Source: Phoronis australis | Taxonomy: Eukaryota; Animalia; Phoronida | Length of the DNA: 64,000 nt | Assembly: GCA_002633005.1 (NCBI GenBank) | Contig: NMRA01000098.1 | Coordinates: forward strand, 1-64,000 | Reading direction: 5' to 3' | Shown: positions 38,301-48,848 of the stretch, piece after piece | How the letters are laid out: every line of letters begins with the position of its first letter | How positions within the stretch are numbered: the stretch's first letter is position 1 | Program-made: the position numbers and the translations under genes | The notes under the pieces: model-generated | What the model was told of the DNA's origin: nothing | The model's database searches: none | The model's input: only the letters and a program-made list of their open reading frames with translations

Positions 38301-41300
38301 CTCTTTTTTTCACTTGAGCTCGGTACTCGAAACTTTGTATAAAACTGCATAATTTTTTTGCAAACAAACACTTTTGCAGGTGTTGCTACATGGTTCTTAA
38401 CCCCGTTGATCAGCGTTTTTGGCAGGGTCAAATTTGCGGTTGACGGATATATTCCAAAAAACGCATGTTTTTCAATTTGAAATAGCGCCTCGAGTTGTGT
38501 TTAGATGCCAATAGGAACATGTTTAGCATTTATTGTAAATGTGCTTGTGTTCATAGTCGTAAAACGTAGTCTCAATTAGATTATCTTATCAGCTCAACTA
38601 GGTCGTTATTGGATGCAACGAGCGTCGGGAAAACCGCTGGGACGCCGGCGATAATGCTAACATTAAAAAACCGCTCAACACATAAAACTGACTGTCTCTA
38701 AATTTGAAGTTCCTGCTTCATTCCTAACAAAAATGTTTAACAAAAGTTTGGAACCTGTTTCTGAAAAATCAGCGCGTAGAATCTGCATTTTAGAAATTGG
38801 TTGCAATTTCACACAAGTGGCTTTCGAGGTGATGTTTAAAATTTGCAATCCCTTTGTAGTCAAAGGTAAAGAGGTTGATTGGGTAAGGAGAAAAAATGAG
38901 ACGCGGACTGGTCCTTTTTATGGAACGTGTGGCTCCAACAAAAGAGCAAATGAGAATGTTTTGTCAAACCCGGGATTTGCCCGAGAGTAAATCGCAATAT
39001 TTCGTCAATATCAAACTCCTCAGTCATCAGCCCACCTCATACACTAGTGTGCAAACGGTCCACCACTAAGCCACGTTGCCCTTCTTTAATAGGCGTAAGA
39101 TGAGAAAATTGGTGCTCACAACCAATCAACTTGACTGATGCCTTATTGCAGTACAGTCACGAAATCAGTGTTTTCTCAAAGTTAGTATCACCTGTTACTG
39201 ACACGGTACAAGTTGCTGCAGAATCTCTTACTGTCACATAGCTCTCGAAGCAAACTCTGACTATGAACTAAGGCACTGGTCAAAAAGGTATGTCAAAATT
39301 AAAATTCTTCTGCAAAGTGGGTAAATAAAACCTGTTGTGGCTTCCAAAGGTGGCGTGACATCAGCATCATATCCTTGTTGCACTGTTTCTACTGTAACAT
39401 TGTACAACGTCCCGGGCGTGCACAGAGAGCAGGTTCCGTTTCTCGCCGAGCTTGGAAGATGCCGTTTTTCGGTATGACCACGAGCAACACATCTAAGATT
39501 GTAACCTTCTCTATTGCCTGCAGCATGTGACCACGAGACAAACACTTTTGTCTTCGTTGTAGTGACAACTTGAAGATTGATAACCTTAGCGAGACCTGTG
39601 TGGACATTTGCTGCGTCAATAAGGAGTGAGGCAAAGAGCACAAAAGTTCACGCATCTTACAACGCAAATAGTTTTGCCCGAAGACTTTTGTAGAAACTTT
39701 TTAGAGACCTTCTGGCACAGAGGATCTGCGGATGCCATTTTGTAAAACATGTGTACTGTAAGACAGGAAGATCTGATGCAGAGTGCACGTGTTGTACTGC
39801 TTCACAAACCATCTGCAAGAGATGTTACACTAGCTGCTTGTAATACATTCGCAAACCGGAGTTTCTGATATACTTTTATGCAACATAAACACTGCACGCT
39901 TGCTTATGACAGTAGGCTAGGAATTGCAATTGTTTCGAAAGCTATACTAAGATTGTTTGCCTTACGTGTCTTCGATAACAAAGGCTGAGAAGAGACGTTT
40001 GTAAATCCGCCAAGCATTGATGTTACGTGCACTTCATATTCGGCTCCAGGTGTCACTCCTAAACAACTCCCGCTTCTTTCGTCGTTGGACACCACCGTTT
40101 CTGAGATCTTGTTGCCGATGGAGGTGCACGTGACCGCGTAGTTACCAACATTTCCGTCCGCGTGGTCCCAACGAACCCGTATTTCCGTTGCGGAAGAATA
40201 AATTATTTCACAGTTTTGAACGGCTGCAAGCCCTGTAAATCCATTTGTTTCACGAATACTTGTCAATGTAATTTGAGAGTGGTATCGTATAAAAAGATGA
40301 TTTACACTTGCCAATCAAACGTGCAAAGTCTGAGAAGAAAGGCAATGTGCAATCGTGTTTATGATACGATCTCTGTGGACTGTTTTTTTTTTCTACTGCC
40401 AAGAAGCGATAATGGAACAGTCCAGTTTTGGTGCATTGTCAACTTAAGTCACACCAATATCAAGCTAAGTCACGCCAACATCAAGGAGCATAAACGAAAA
40501 TTGTACGGCGTGTGTACGTCAGTCTTTATGTTACGTTGTTTTGTATACTGCCGGATAATTTCCTATGAAACTCCATCACTGGAAGGCGCCCACGTGCGCA
40601 TTAGAGATGATAAAGAAGGAAAAAGAGAACATGGAAGTTTTATCAGGAATGAAAAGCGACTGGTGATGTTTAGAACGCATTACCCAAAACAACATTTATC
40701 ATTGCTTTCTTTAATTTTGTGGTCCTTGAAAGGACCGTTCTGTTCGTAGGTTGGCTATTTCACGTTGACAAGGGACGCTTTTAAGCAAATTAAAATTTGT
40801 TTAATGGCACCCAAACAACCGTCAAAATTAAATCGTGCTGGTTTTACTAGCCCGTGCGAAGTGTTTTTGCATTTTCCAATCACCACGCAAGACACAGCTC
40901 TGCTTCATTCTAAACTAGCGAAAAGATTCTGCTGTGCTCAGGTGGCATGTGACTTACTGTTATCTTTGTACCCCTGTGGTGTTTTACACCATCTGCGAAA
41001 TGGTCAAAATATCATTTGGTTCAGTTTGACAACCCAAGGTTGCCATTTCTCTTTGAAATGGTGGTAAGCTCGAACTGCCGAATCGTATTCAAAATCAAAT
41101 ATTTTAACGAAAATCCTTCTGCACAACGAACTCTAAGTATTGACATAAACTGAACAGATTTTTCCTTCTTACAACACGGTAATCAACCGCCATGTACTGA
41201 TCGCGAGCCGTTCCTTTCGACGATATCAAGCTGCGTCAACAGAACAACAAAACCAAGTTTTGAAAAAGGCGCAGATTTCCAAAAAGCTTCCTGGGCCCTT

Positions 41301-44300
41301 TTTGAAACAAAAATGGACTTGAAGAAATTATTTCCGTAAAAGCGCCCAGACAATAGACATCTGGGTTGACTTTGTTATGGTGAAGACAATTCGACTAATC
41401 ATATGTGAGACATGAAGTCTACCTGTCCTATTTTCCATAGGACCAGTCGTGGCATTCTCAAATCCACTCAGCATTGTAGTCACGAACACGGCGTAAACTG
41501 CCCCAGGCGTGAGATGACGGCAGGTGCTGCTATTGACTGTTGCGGCTGCAACTGCTTCACGTGGAGGATCACCTAGAGTCTGACAAGTCACACAATAACT
41601 TCCAACGTTGCCGTCGGCGTGACGCCAGGTGACGTCCATGTCCGTGGTGCCAGCTCGCGTTATTTGCAATCTGGTTACTACGGCAAGGCCTGAAAATTTT
41701 GAAGTTTATGAAGTCGGCTTCCCGGTTGAATTGACTCAGAAATCTGCATCTACGCATATCTNNNNNNNNNNNNNNNNNNNNNNNNNNNNNNNNNNNNNNN
41801 NNNNNNNNNNNNNNNNNNNNNNNNNNNNNNNNNNNNNNNNNNNNNNNNNNNNNNNNNNNNNNNNNNNNNNNNNNNNNNNNNNNNNNNNNNNNNNNNNNNN
41901 NNNNNNNNNNNNNNNNNNNNNNNNNNNNNNNNNNNNNNNNNNNNNNNNNNNNNNNNNNNNNNNNNNNNNNNNNNNNNNNNNNNNNGGGTAAATAAAACCT
42001 GTTGTGGCTTCCAAAGGTGGCGTGACATCAGCATCATATCCTTGTTGCACTGTTTCTACTGTAACATTGTACAACGTCCCGGGCGTGCACAGAGAGCAGG
42101 TTCCGTTTCTCGCCGAGCTTGGAAGATGCCGTTTTTCGGTATGACCACGAGCAACACATCTAAGATTGTAACCTTCTCTATTGCCTGCAGCATGTGACCA
42201 CGAGACAAACACTTTTGTCTTCGTTGTAGTGACAACTTGAAGATTGATAACCTTAGCGAGACCTGTGTGGACATTTGCTGCGTCAATAAGGAGTGAGGCA
42301 AAGAGCACAAAAGTTCACGCATCTTACAACGCAAATAGTTTTGCCCGAAGACTTTTGTAGAAACTTTTTAGAGACCTTCTGGCACAGAGGATCTGCGGAT
42401 GCCATTTTGTAAAACATGTGTACTGTAAGACAGGAAGATCTGATGCAGAGTGCACGTGCTGTACTGCTTCACAAATCATCTGCAAGAGATGTTACACTAG
42501 CTGCTTGTAATACATTCGCAAACCGGAGTTTCTGATATACTTTTATGCAACATAAACACTGCACGCTTGCTTATGACAGTAGGCTAGGAATTGCAATTGT
42601 TTCGAAAGCTACACTAAGATTGTTTGCCTTACGTGTCTTCGATAACAAAGGCTGAGAAGAGACGTTTGTAAATCCGCCAAGCATTGATGTTACGTGCACT
42701 TCATATTCGGCTCCAGGTGTCACTCCTAAACAACTCCCGCTTCTTTCGTCGCTGGACACGACCGTTTCTGAGATCTTGTTGCCGATGGAGGTGCACGTGA
42801 CCGCGTAGTTACCAACATTTCCGTCCGCGTGGTCCCAACGAACCCGTATTTCCGTTGCGGAAGAAGAAATTATTTCACAGTTTTGAACGGCTGCAAGCCC
42901 TGTAAATTCATTTGTTTCAAGAATACTTGTCAATGTAATTTGAGAGTGGTATCGTATAAAAAGATGATTTACACTTGCCAATCAAACGTGTAAAGTCTGA
43001 GAAGAAAGGCATTGTGCAAGCGTGTTAATGATACTATCTCTGCGGACTGTTTTTTTTTCTACTGCAAAGAAGCGATAATGGAACAGTCCAGTTTTGGTGC
43101 ATTGTCAACTTAAGTCACACCAATATCAAGCTAAGTCACGCCAACATCAAGGAGCATAAACGAAAAGTGTACGGCCTGTTTACGTCAGTCTTTACGTTAC
43201 GTTGTTTTGTATACTGCCGGATGATTTCCGATGAAACTCCATCACTGGAAGGCGCCCACGTGGGCATTAGAGAAGATAAAGAAGGAAAAAGAGAACATGG
43301 GAGTTTTATCAGGAATGAAAAGCGACTGGTGATGTTTAGAACGCATTAACCAAAACAACATTTATCGTTGCTTTCTTTAATTTTGTGGTCCTTGAAAGGA
43401 CCGTTCTGTTCGTAGGCTGGCTATTTCAGGTTGACAAGGGACGCACCCAAACAACCGTCAAAATTAAATCGTGCTGGTTTTACTAGCCCGTGCACAGTGT
43501 TTTTGTATTTTCCAATGACCACGCAAGACACAGCTCTGCTTCATTCTAAACTAGCGAAAAGATTCTGCTGTGCTCAGGTGGCATGAGACTTACTGTTATC
43601 TTTGTACCCCTGTGATGTTTTACAGCATCTGCGAAATGGTCAAAATATTAATTGGTTCAGTTTGACAACCCAAGGTTGCCATTTCTCTTTGAAATGGTGG
43701 TAAGTTCGAACTGCCGAATCGTATTCAAAATCAAATATTTTAACGAAAATCCTTCTGCACAACGAACGCTAAGTATTGACATAAACTGAACAGATTTTTC
43801 CTTCTTACAACACGGTAATCAACCGCCATGTACTGATCGCGAGCCGTTCCTTTCGACGATATCAAACTGCGTCAACAGAACAACAAAACCAAGTTTCGAA
43901 AAAGGCGCACATTTCCAAAAAGCTTCCTGGGCCCTTTTTGAAAAAAAATGGACTTGAAGAAATTATTTCCGAAAAAGTGCTCAGACAATAGACATCTGGG
44001 TTGACTTTGTTATGGTAAAGACAATTCGACTAATCATATGTGAGACATGAAGTCTACCTGTCCTATTTTCCATAGGACCAGTCGTGGCATTCTCAAATCC
44101 ACTCAGCATTGTAGTCACGAACACGGCGTAAACTTTCCCAGGCGTGAGATAACGGCAGGTGCTGCTATTGACGGTTGCGGCTGCAACTGCTTCACGTGGA
44201 GGATCACCTAGAGTCTGACAAGTCACACAATAACTTCCAACGTTGCCGTCGGCGTGACGCCAGGTGACGTCCATGTCCGTGGTGCCAGCTCGCGTTATTT

Positions 44301-46807
44301 GCAATCTGGTTACTACGGCAAGGCCTGAAAATTTTGAAGTTTATGAAGTCGGCTTCCCGGTTGAATTGACTCAGAAATCTGCATCTACGCATATCTAACG
44401 AGGTCTTGACGACACAGCTTTCCGTCAACCATGATGAGAACGTAGCTTCTAAACTTCGATAACATTCGCTTTTTAATTGACATACTGGTCTCTCAAAGAT
44501 CAGTTCTATTTAGTTTGTAGGGCATGTCCTAGGCTCCACAAAAAGTTGATTGATGCTTAGGAACCGAAAAAGTCGTCTGGTTTGACGGTAAAATCTTGCA
44601 TTAGTGACATGGTCTTATAGAGAAACGGACTGATTCTTGTAAAATTTAAAAATGAAAAGTCTTGCATATAAGGCAAGTCTTTGTTTTTCGTGTTTCTGCT
44701 ACTCAGACATCACGACCACTGTGAGACAGAATAATCGATAAAATTTTGCTTGGTTAAGACCATTATCCATGAAAAATCTGAATAAATCATTAGTCCAAAC
44801 AGCAGGTGTTGAAAAAAATTAAAAGAGAAAGCACGGTTTTTAATCGAAATTACGTGTTCTCGGAGAAAATTTAAAAATGCAACGCTCTTGGATAATGAGC
44901 GTTTCGTGGCAAATTTTCGAAGAGCAACACGCTGTCAAACGTAAGAACATATTCGAATTTGAGGTCACGTCCTTGTTACGGGATTTCATTGTACAGGAAA
45001 CTGATGTGTAGCTTGAGAGACAATGAATATTTCCCCCATACATCCACTCTTATTTCTACCAATGCCTACCTGTTTGGCACCAAGCTTTTTGCCCGGCACT
45101 TTGGGCTTCTCCGTGTTCGTGCGAACTCACGGAGTACACCACTACGGTACAGTTCTCTCCCGGAGTAAGACCGTCAAACATTACAAATTTTTCCTCTCCT
45201 CTCAATGTATTCCGGACTCTCCTTTCCGGTAGTTTGGCACGTATGTGGTGAATGGAGTAGCTAGTCAATTCACCAGCCGCAGGATACGTCCACGTAATGT
45301 TAATTGCTCTCGCAGTCGCCCCAACAAACACTTGTTCTGGAGGCTTTGGTACTAGAATGCGCAGATATATTCACATTTAAGATGACGAGACAAACATGAC
45401 TCAACGAACAGGCAATTCCATCATTCTTTTGGATACGGAACATCCTCAGTCAATTAGCTTCAGGATAAGAAATAGTGCGAGTCCACTTTGTTTCAATTAC
45501 TAAAATAATTTCACAATCTTCAGAACATATTCTAAAAAATTATTCAATGTTTTTAATTTTTAGTTTGGCAAGGTCGTAGCTATAAAATTAAGCAATCCCA
45601 AGATCTTTGTAATTATAAAGAACTAGAGATCACAATTATTAATACCTCACTTTTGACAATTAACATTTCCTGAGCTCAAAAATTTTGCCAAGCATGGAGT
45701 GGATAAAATTGCTTTAGTAAGGTTGAAGGGAGTTGATAAAATGAAATACCTGTAACGACAAATATGTTTCCAGATGAAGCGTCTTCAAATCCTTCCAAGA
45801 CAGTTGTGACAGTCACTGAATAGACGACTCCTGCCGTTAAGTCACCGCACACGCTTGTGTTTGTGGGTACTTTAACCTCGACTACGCGGTCATTGCCGCC
45901 AGATGTCCTGCACTCAATTCTGTACATCTTTTTGTATCCAAGTGCTTCTTCCCATGAAACAGTTATATGGCTTGTGGTCACAGACGTGGCGTTAATATTG
46001 GAAGCAACACCCAGGGCTGCAAAAACAAACGATTTTCATTTTGTTGGGGTTGAAGCACTTTTAAACATTACTTGTATAAGCTGTTCGAGCAAAATGCTTA
46101 ACGCAAAACAAAGTTCAAACCAAAATGCCATTGCCATTTGCTGGCTTATCTTTTCTCTTGTGGCAAATGGCAATGTTTTTTACCATTATCCATACTTTTG
46201 TTATGTACCTGGGTTTAATTTACATTGCGCACGCGTGTTTTTACACAAGTTGCTTCATGTGGTTGAAAGTTTTAGACACGTCGAGTTTTTCGGCAAAAAC
46301 ATCGTTTTTACGGTTCATGGGAGAAAACAAATCCTACACTCGTCTAAGGTTTATGAGATGGGCAAAACCTTCCTTGGTATTTTGATGAAATTTCCCAGAT
46401 GTTTTGCCCATCTCATAAACCTGAGACGAGTGCAGGGTTCTCTATATATACCATGAATTATAAAGTAATCGTAACTTGCACTGAAAATTACAAAGATCGT
46501 GCGAGGAATAACTTACGATTACGACAAGTTTCCCTTGAATTTGAGCTTAACTTTGGAGTCAGGTTTCGGTAGGTAAACTTGCTAGCAATCACCACGTCGA
46601 AAATGCTACCTGGAGCTGGTGCCTTGGTCAGATATCTCTTCTCTACCAAAGCACTGATTTCATTTTCATCCAGAATGTTTTGTTTTGGAGAAATTTGTAC
46701 CACACGAATGATGTACGAAGTAACTCCACTGCCAGACGGTGGGTTCCATCTTATTTCAATCCAGTGTCGAGAAACATCAATTGTCATGCCCTCTGGTGGC
46801 AAAGGAT
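26325..46807 (-). CDS. Single-pass receptor-like protein: FN3 x9 (x12 as assembled), TSP1 x2, TM, ~970-aa low-complexity cytoplasmic tail; 5' end not resolved
   Basis: Phase 1-1 GT-AG FN3 exons: 46517-46807, 45750-46016, 45070-45351, 44058-44324, 42633-42899, 41999-42262, [duplicates 41423-41689, 39966-40232, 39332-39595], 37052-37339, 35963-36247, 34319-34606. TSP1 exons: 33573-33740 ([25 protein letters not shown]) and 32358-32510 (WGPWSKCTVTCGDKVGRRQR). TM plus tail exon 30102-32077 (IIWIIVSCLIVFVTMILACCLVVGFC-TRHRKR). Last exon 26325-27383. All junctions keep frame. Confidence 0.88.
28387..28543. mobile_element. Short MITE with CATGGGCGGCGCA TIRs; shorter copy at 56521-56587
   Basis: catgggcggcgca...tgcgccgcccatg with G/C-run internal hairpins. 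Confidence 0.75.
34827..34978. repeat. 19-bp minisatellite, 8 copies (cgatctgtatgYtcacacc)
   Basis: Head-to-tail units with no spacers, read directly. Confidence 0.95.
37505..37954. mobile_element. Foldback-type MITE with ~110-bp TIRs and 4-bp TSD (gtct)
   Basis: aacagcttattatttaaaatgacttattc...gcgaggcccc is mirrored at the right end; gtct at 37501-37504 and 37955-37958; internal cctatattaatatag palindromes. Confidence 0.85.
39319..44396. repeat. 2.4-kb near-identical duplication (39319-41761 / 41986-44396) carrying three FN3 exons; probable uncollapsed haplotype
   Basis: Copy 1 ends and copy 2 begins exactly at the N gap 41762-41985; scattered SNPs and a ~30-bp indel. Confidence 0.88.
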
Positions 46808-48221
46808 CTAAGATAAAACTTAAACTTTTAATTGCAAAAACCCAAAATGATGCATCACGTTTACAAAGTCGTTTTTTTCCACAACTCACATTCTGAAAGT
46901 ACCCAAAGACCTTTTAAATTGCTACTTGAAAACAGCTTATAAGACATAACAAAATACGAAAAACAGTGAGCAGTGAACACCAATCCGTCTGAAACCGTAG
47001 TAATTCATACAGTCTGTATGCTTTTCATGATTTCTTAAAGAGGCATAGAATGTGCAAAACAGACTAAATTTCATTACTCAAAGTCATTCTCTGCCACCAT
47101 AAAATAAGTCAAACTGATCACCAGGTATTTTTATAGTTAATGCGTGAAGATTATGTTGATGTTAAAGCATTTTCCTTTAGTTTCAAATTTAAAAAATGGC
47201 CTGTCAACTGCTCATCACTTCGTCAGGTTTTGTCCCACACGACAGTGCACGTCTTCTTTCTTCGTGTGGCACGACATAGACAGAGCACATTTCCCTTATA
47301 TAGAAATAATTATGACCTTTGACTTCTGATGTAAACGAAACAATGGCGAATTCACGAAGCAGACATTTATTGTTGAAGGCATGCACTTGTGGTACCCCAA
47401 ACGTTTATTGTTGAAAGCGTGTACGAAAAATTGTCAGAAAATAATCATTGGCCAAGTGGGTGAAGGTTACGCACATTATCTGCGCTCTTAAATTACCTTT
47501 AGGTTACGCCGTAAAGAATTAATTTACACTGTTACATATTAATTTGTGCCGCAAATAGTTAATTTACGTCTTAATAATCATTTTATGCATTAAAAGTTAA
47601 TTTATGTGGCAAACCAATTAATTTACGTCTCATACAACTAATATGCACCGTTAAAAATTAATTTACGTCACTAATGTTCGTCCACTTGGCCAACAATAAT
47701 CAACTTAGTAAATTAATCATCTTATGGCGTAAATTAACTTTTAACAGTGTAAATTAACTATTTGCAGCGTATATCACCATTTAACTGCGTGAATTAATTA
47801 TTTGCTGAACAAATTAGTTCTTAAAAGAGCGTAAAATAATTCTTTAGGGCGTAAATTAATTTATCCCATACGCGTTGAATCAGTGGACGAAAATACGGCC
47901 ATGTAATCATGTTTTCCGTATTCACCTCCCGCACTACTTCAACAGCGATCTCTGACATCCTTAGCCGGTTCGATCATCAAACTTTCGGAAAATAGTTTAA
48001 AGTAATACAATTGTAGCTGTGTAAATAACACTCAACATTCAGTCAGGTCTCAACCGTAACATCTGGAACAGGACTGGTATTATATGACAATTCTGTCTCT
48101 GTTTTCAATTGCTAAATATTATATCGTCTGCAACTTATGCGCCGAATCCTCAGTAACTACAATATCAAATGTTGTTATTTAAATATTTTCAGGAGATGCT
48201 ACAACTTCAATGCACAGTTAC

Positions 48222-48287
48222 CGTTGTTTTCATCTTTGTAATCTCTTTTCAGGTAATAAATCGTTACATTTAAAACTGTTTCTTTTA
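48222..48287 (-). CDS. Candidate additional upstream exon of the FN3-TSP1 receptor (VKETVLNVTIYYLKRDYKDENN)
   Basis: ttttgtctAG acceptor, G|GTAACT donor, 66 nt, phase 1-1, compatible with the first FN3 exon. No homology support. Confidence 0.45.
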
Positions 48288-48431
48288 CTAGACAAAACGT
48301 GCAACCTAATGCGCAAGTACATAGTACATATAGGATGTGATCCGCCACGTGAACAGTCTGTGTGAAGTATTTTAAAAAAATCTGCCGAAAAAAATGAAAG
48401 AAACTTAGGAATTCGAAGCGTATGGGATAAA

Positions 48432-48590
48432 TACAAAACGTACCTCGATTGGCGTAGATGAAGTAATATCCCACTCGACATTATACCACGTATCGGAATA
48501 ATGTCTCGATCATTGGTCGAGGTCGATACGCGGAATAATGTGTGGTGGGATATTACTTCATCTACGTCACTCTCGGTACGTTTTGTGTAT
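48432..48590. mobile_element. Palindromic MITE-like element
   Basis: acaaaacgtacc...cgtagatgaagtaatatccc mirrored by gggatattacttcatctacg...ggtacgttttgt. Confidence 0.75.
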
Positions 48591-48848
48591 TACTTGCAAC
48601 GTAAAGCAACATTTAAAGTAATTATTTGAGGCGTAAAGTAATTTCTTAAAGTAGCAAATAATTCATTTTATTAACCAAAGCACGTGATCCAGTGGCGGAT
48701 CTAGGATGTCATAAAGGGGCCCAACATTTTGTCTCGGGCAATCGCGTAAATCATGAGCACACCCAGCCTAAAATATAGGGGTCCCCTCCCACTCAGCCGT
48801 AAGTTAATTACCGCGGTTAATTAATAAACTCAATTTCCTCACGCTCTT

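Noticed and set aside
40162-41067. 195-aa and 100-aa plus-strand ORFs in a receptor intron
   Set aside because: No recognisable motif, and the near-identical copy at 42.8-43.7 kb breaks them with stops and indels.
41629-42037. ORFs running through the N gap (also 51646-52329)
   Set aside because: Open only because of undetermined bases.
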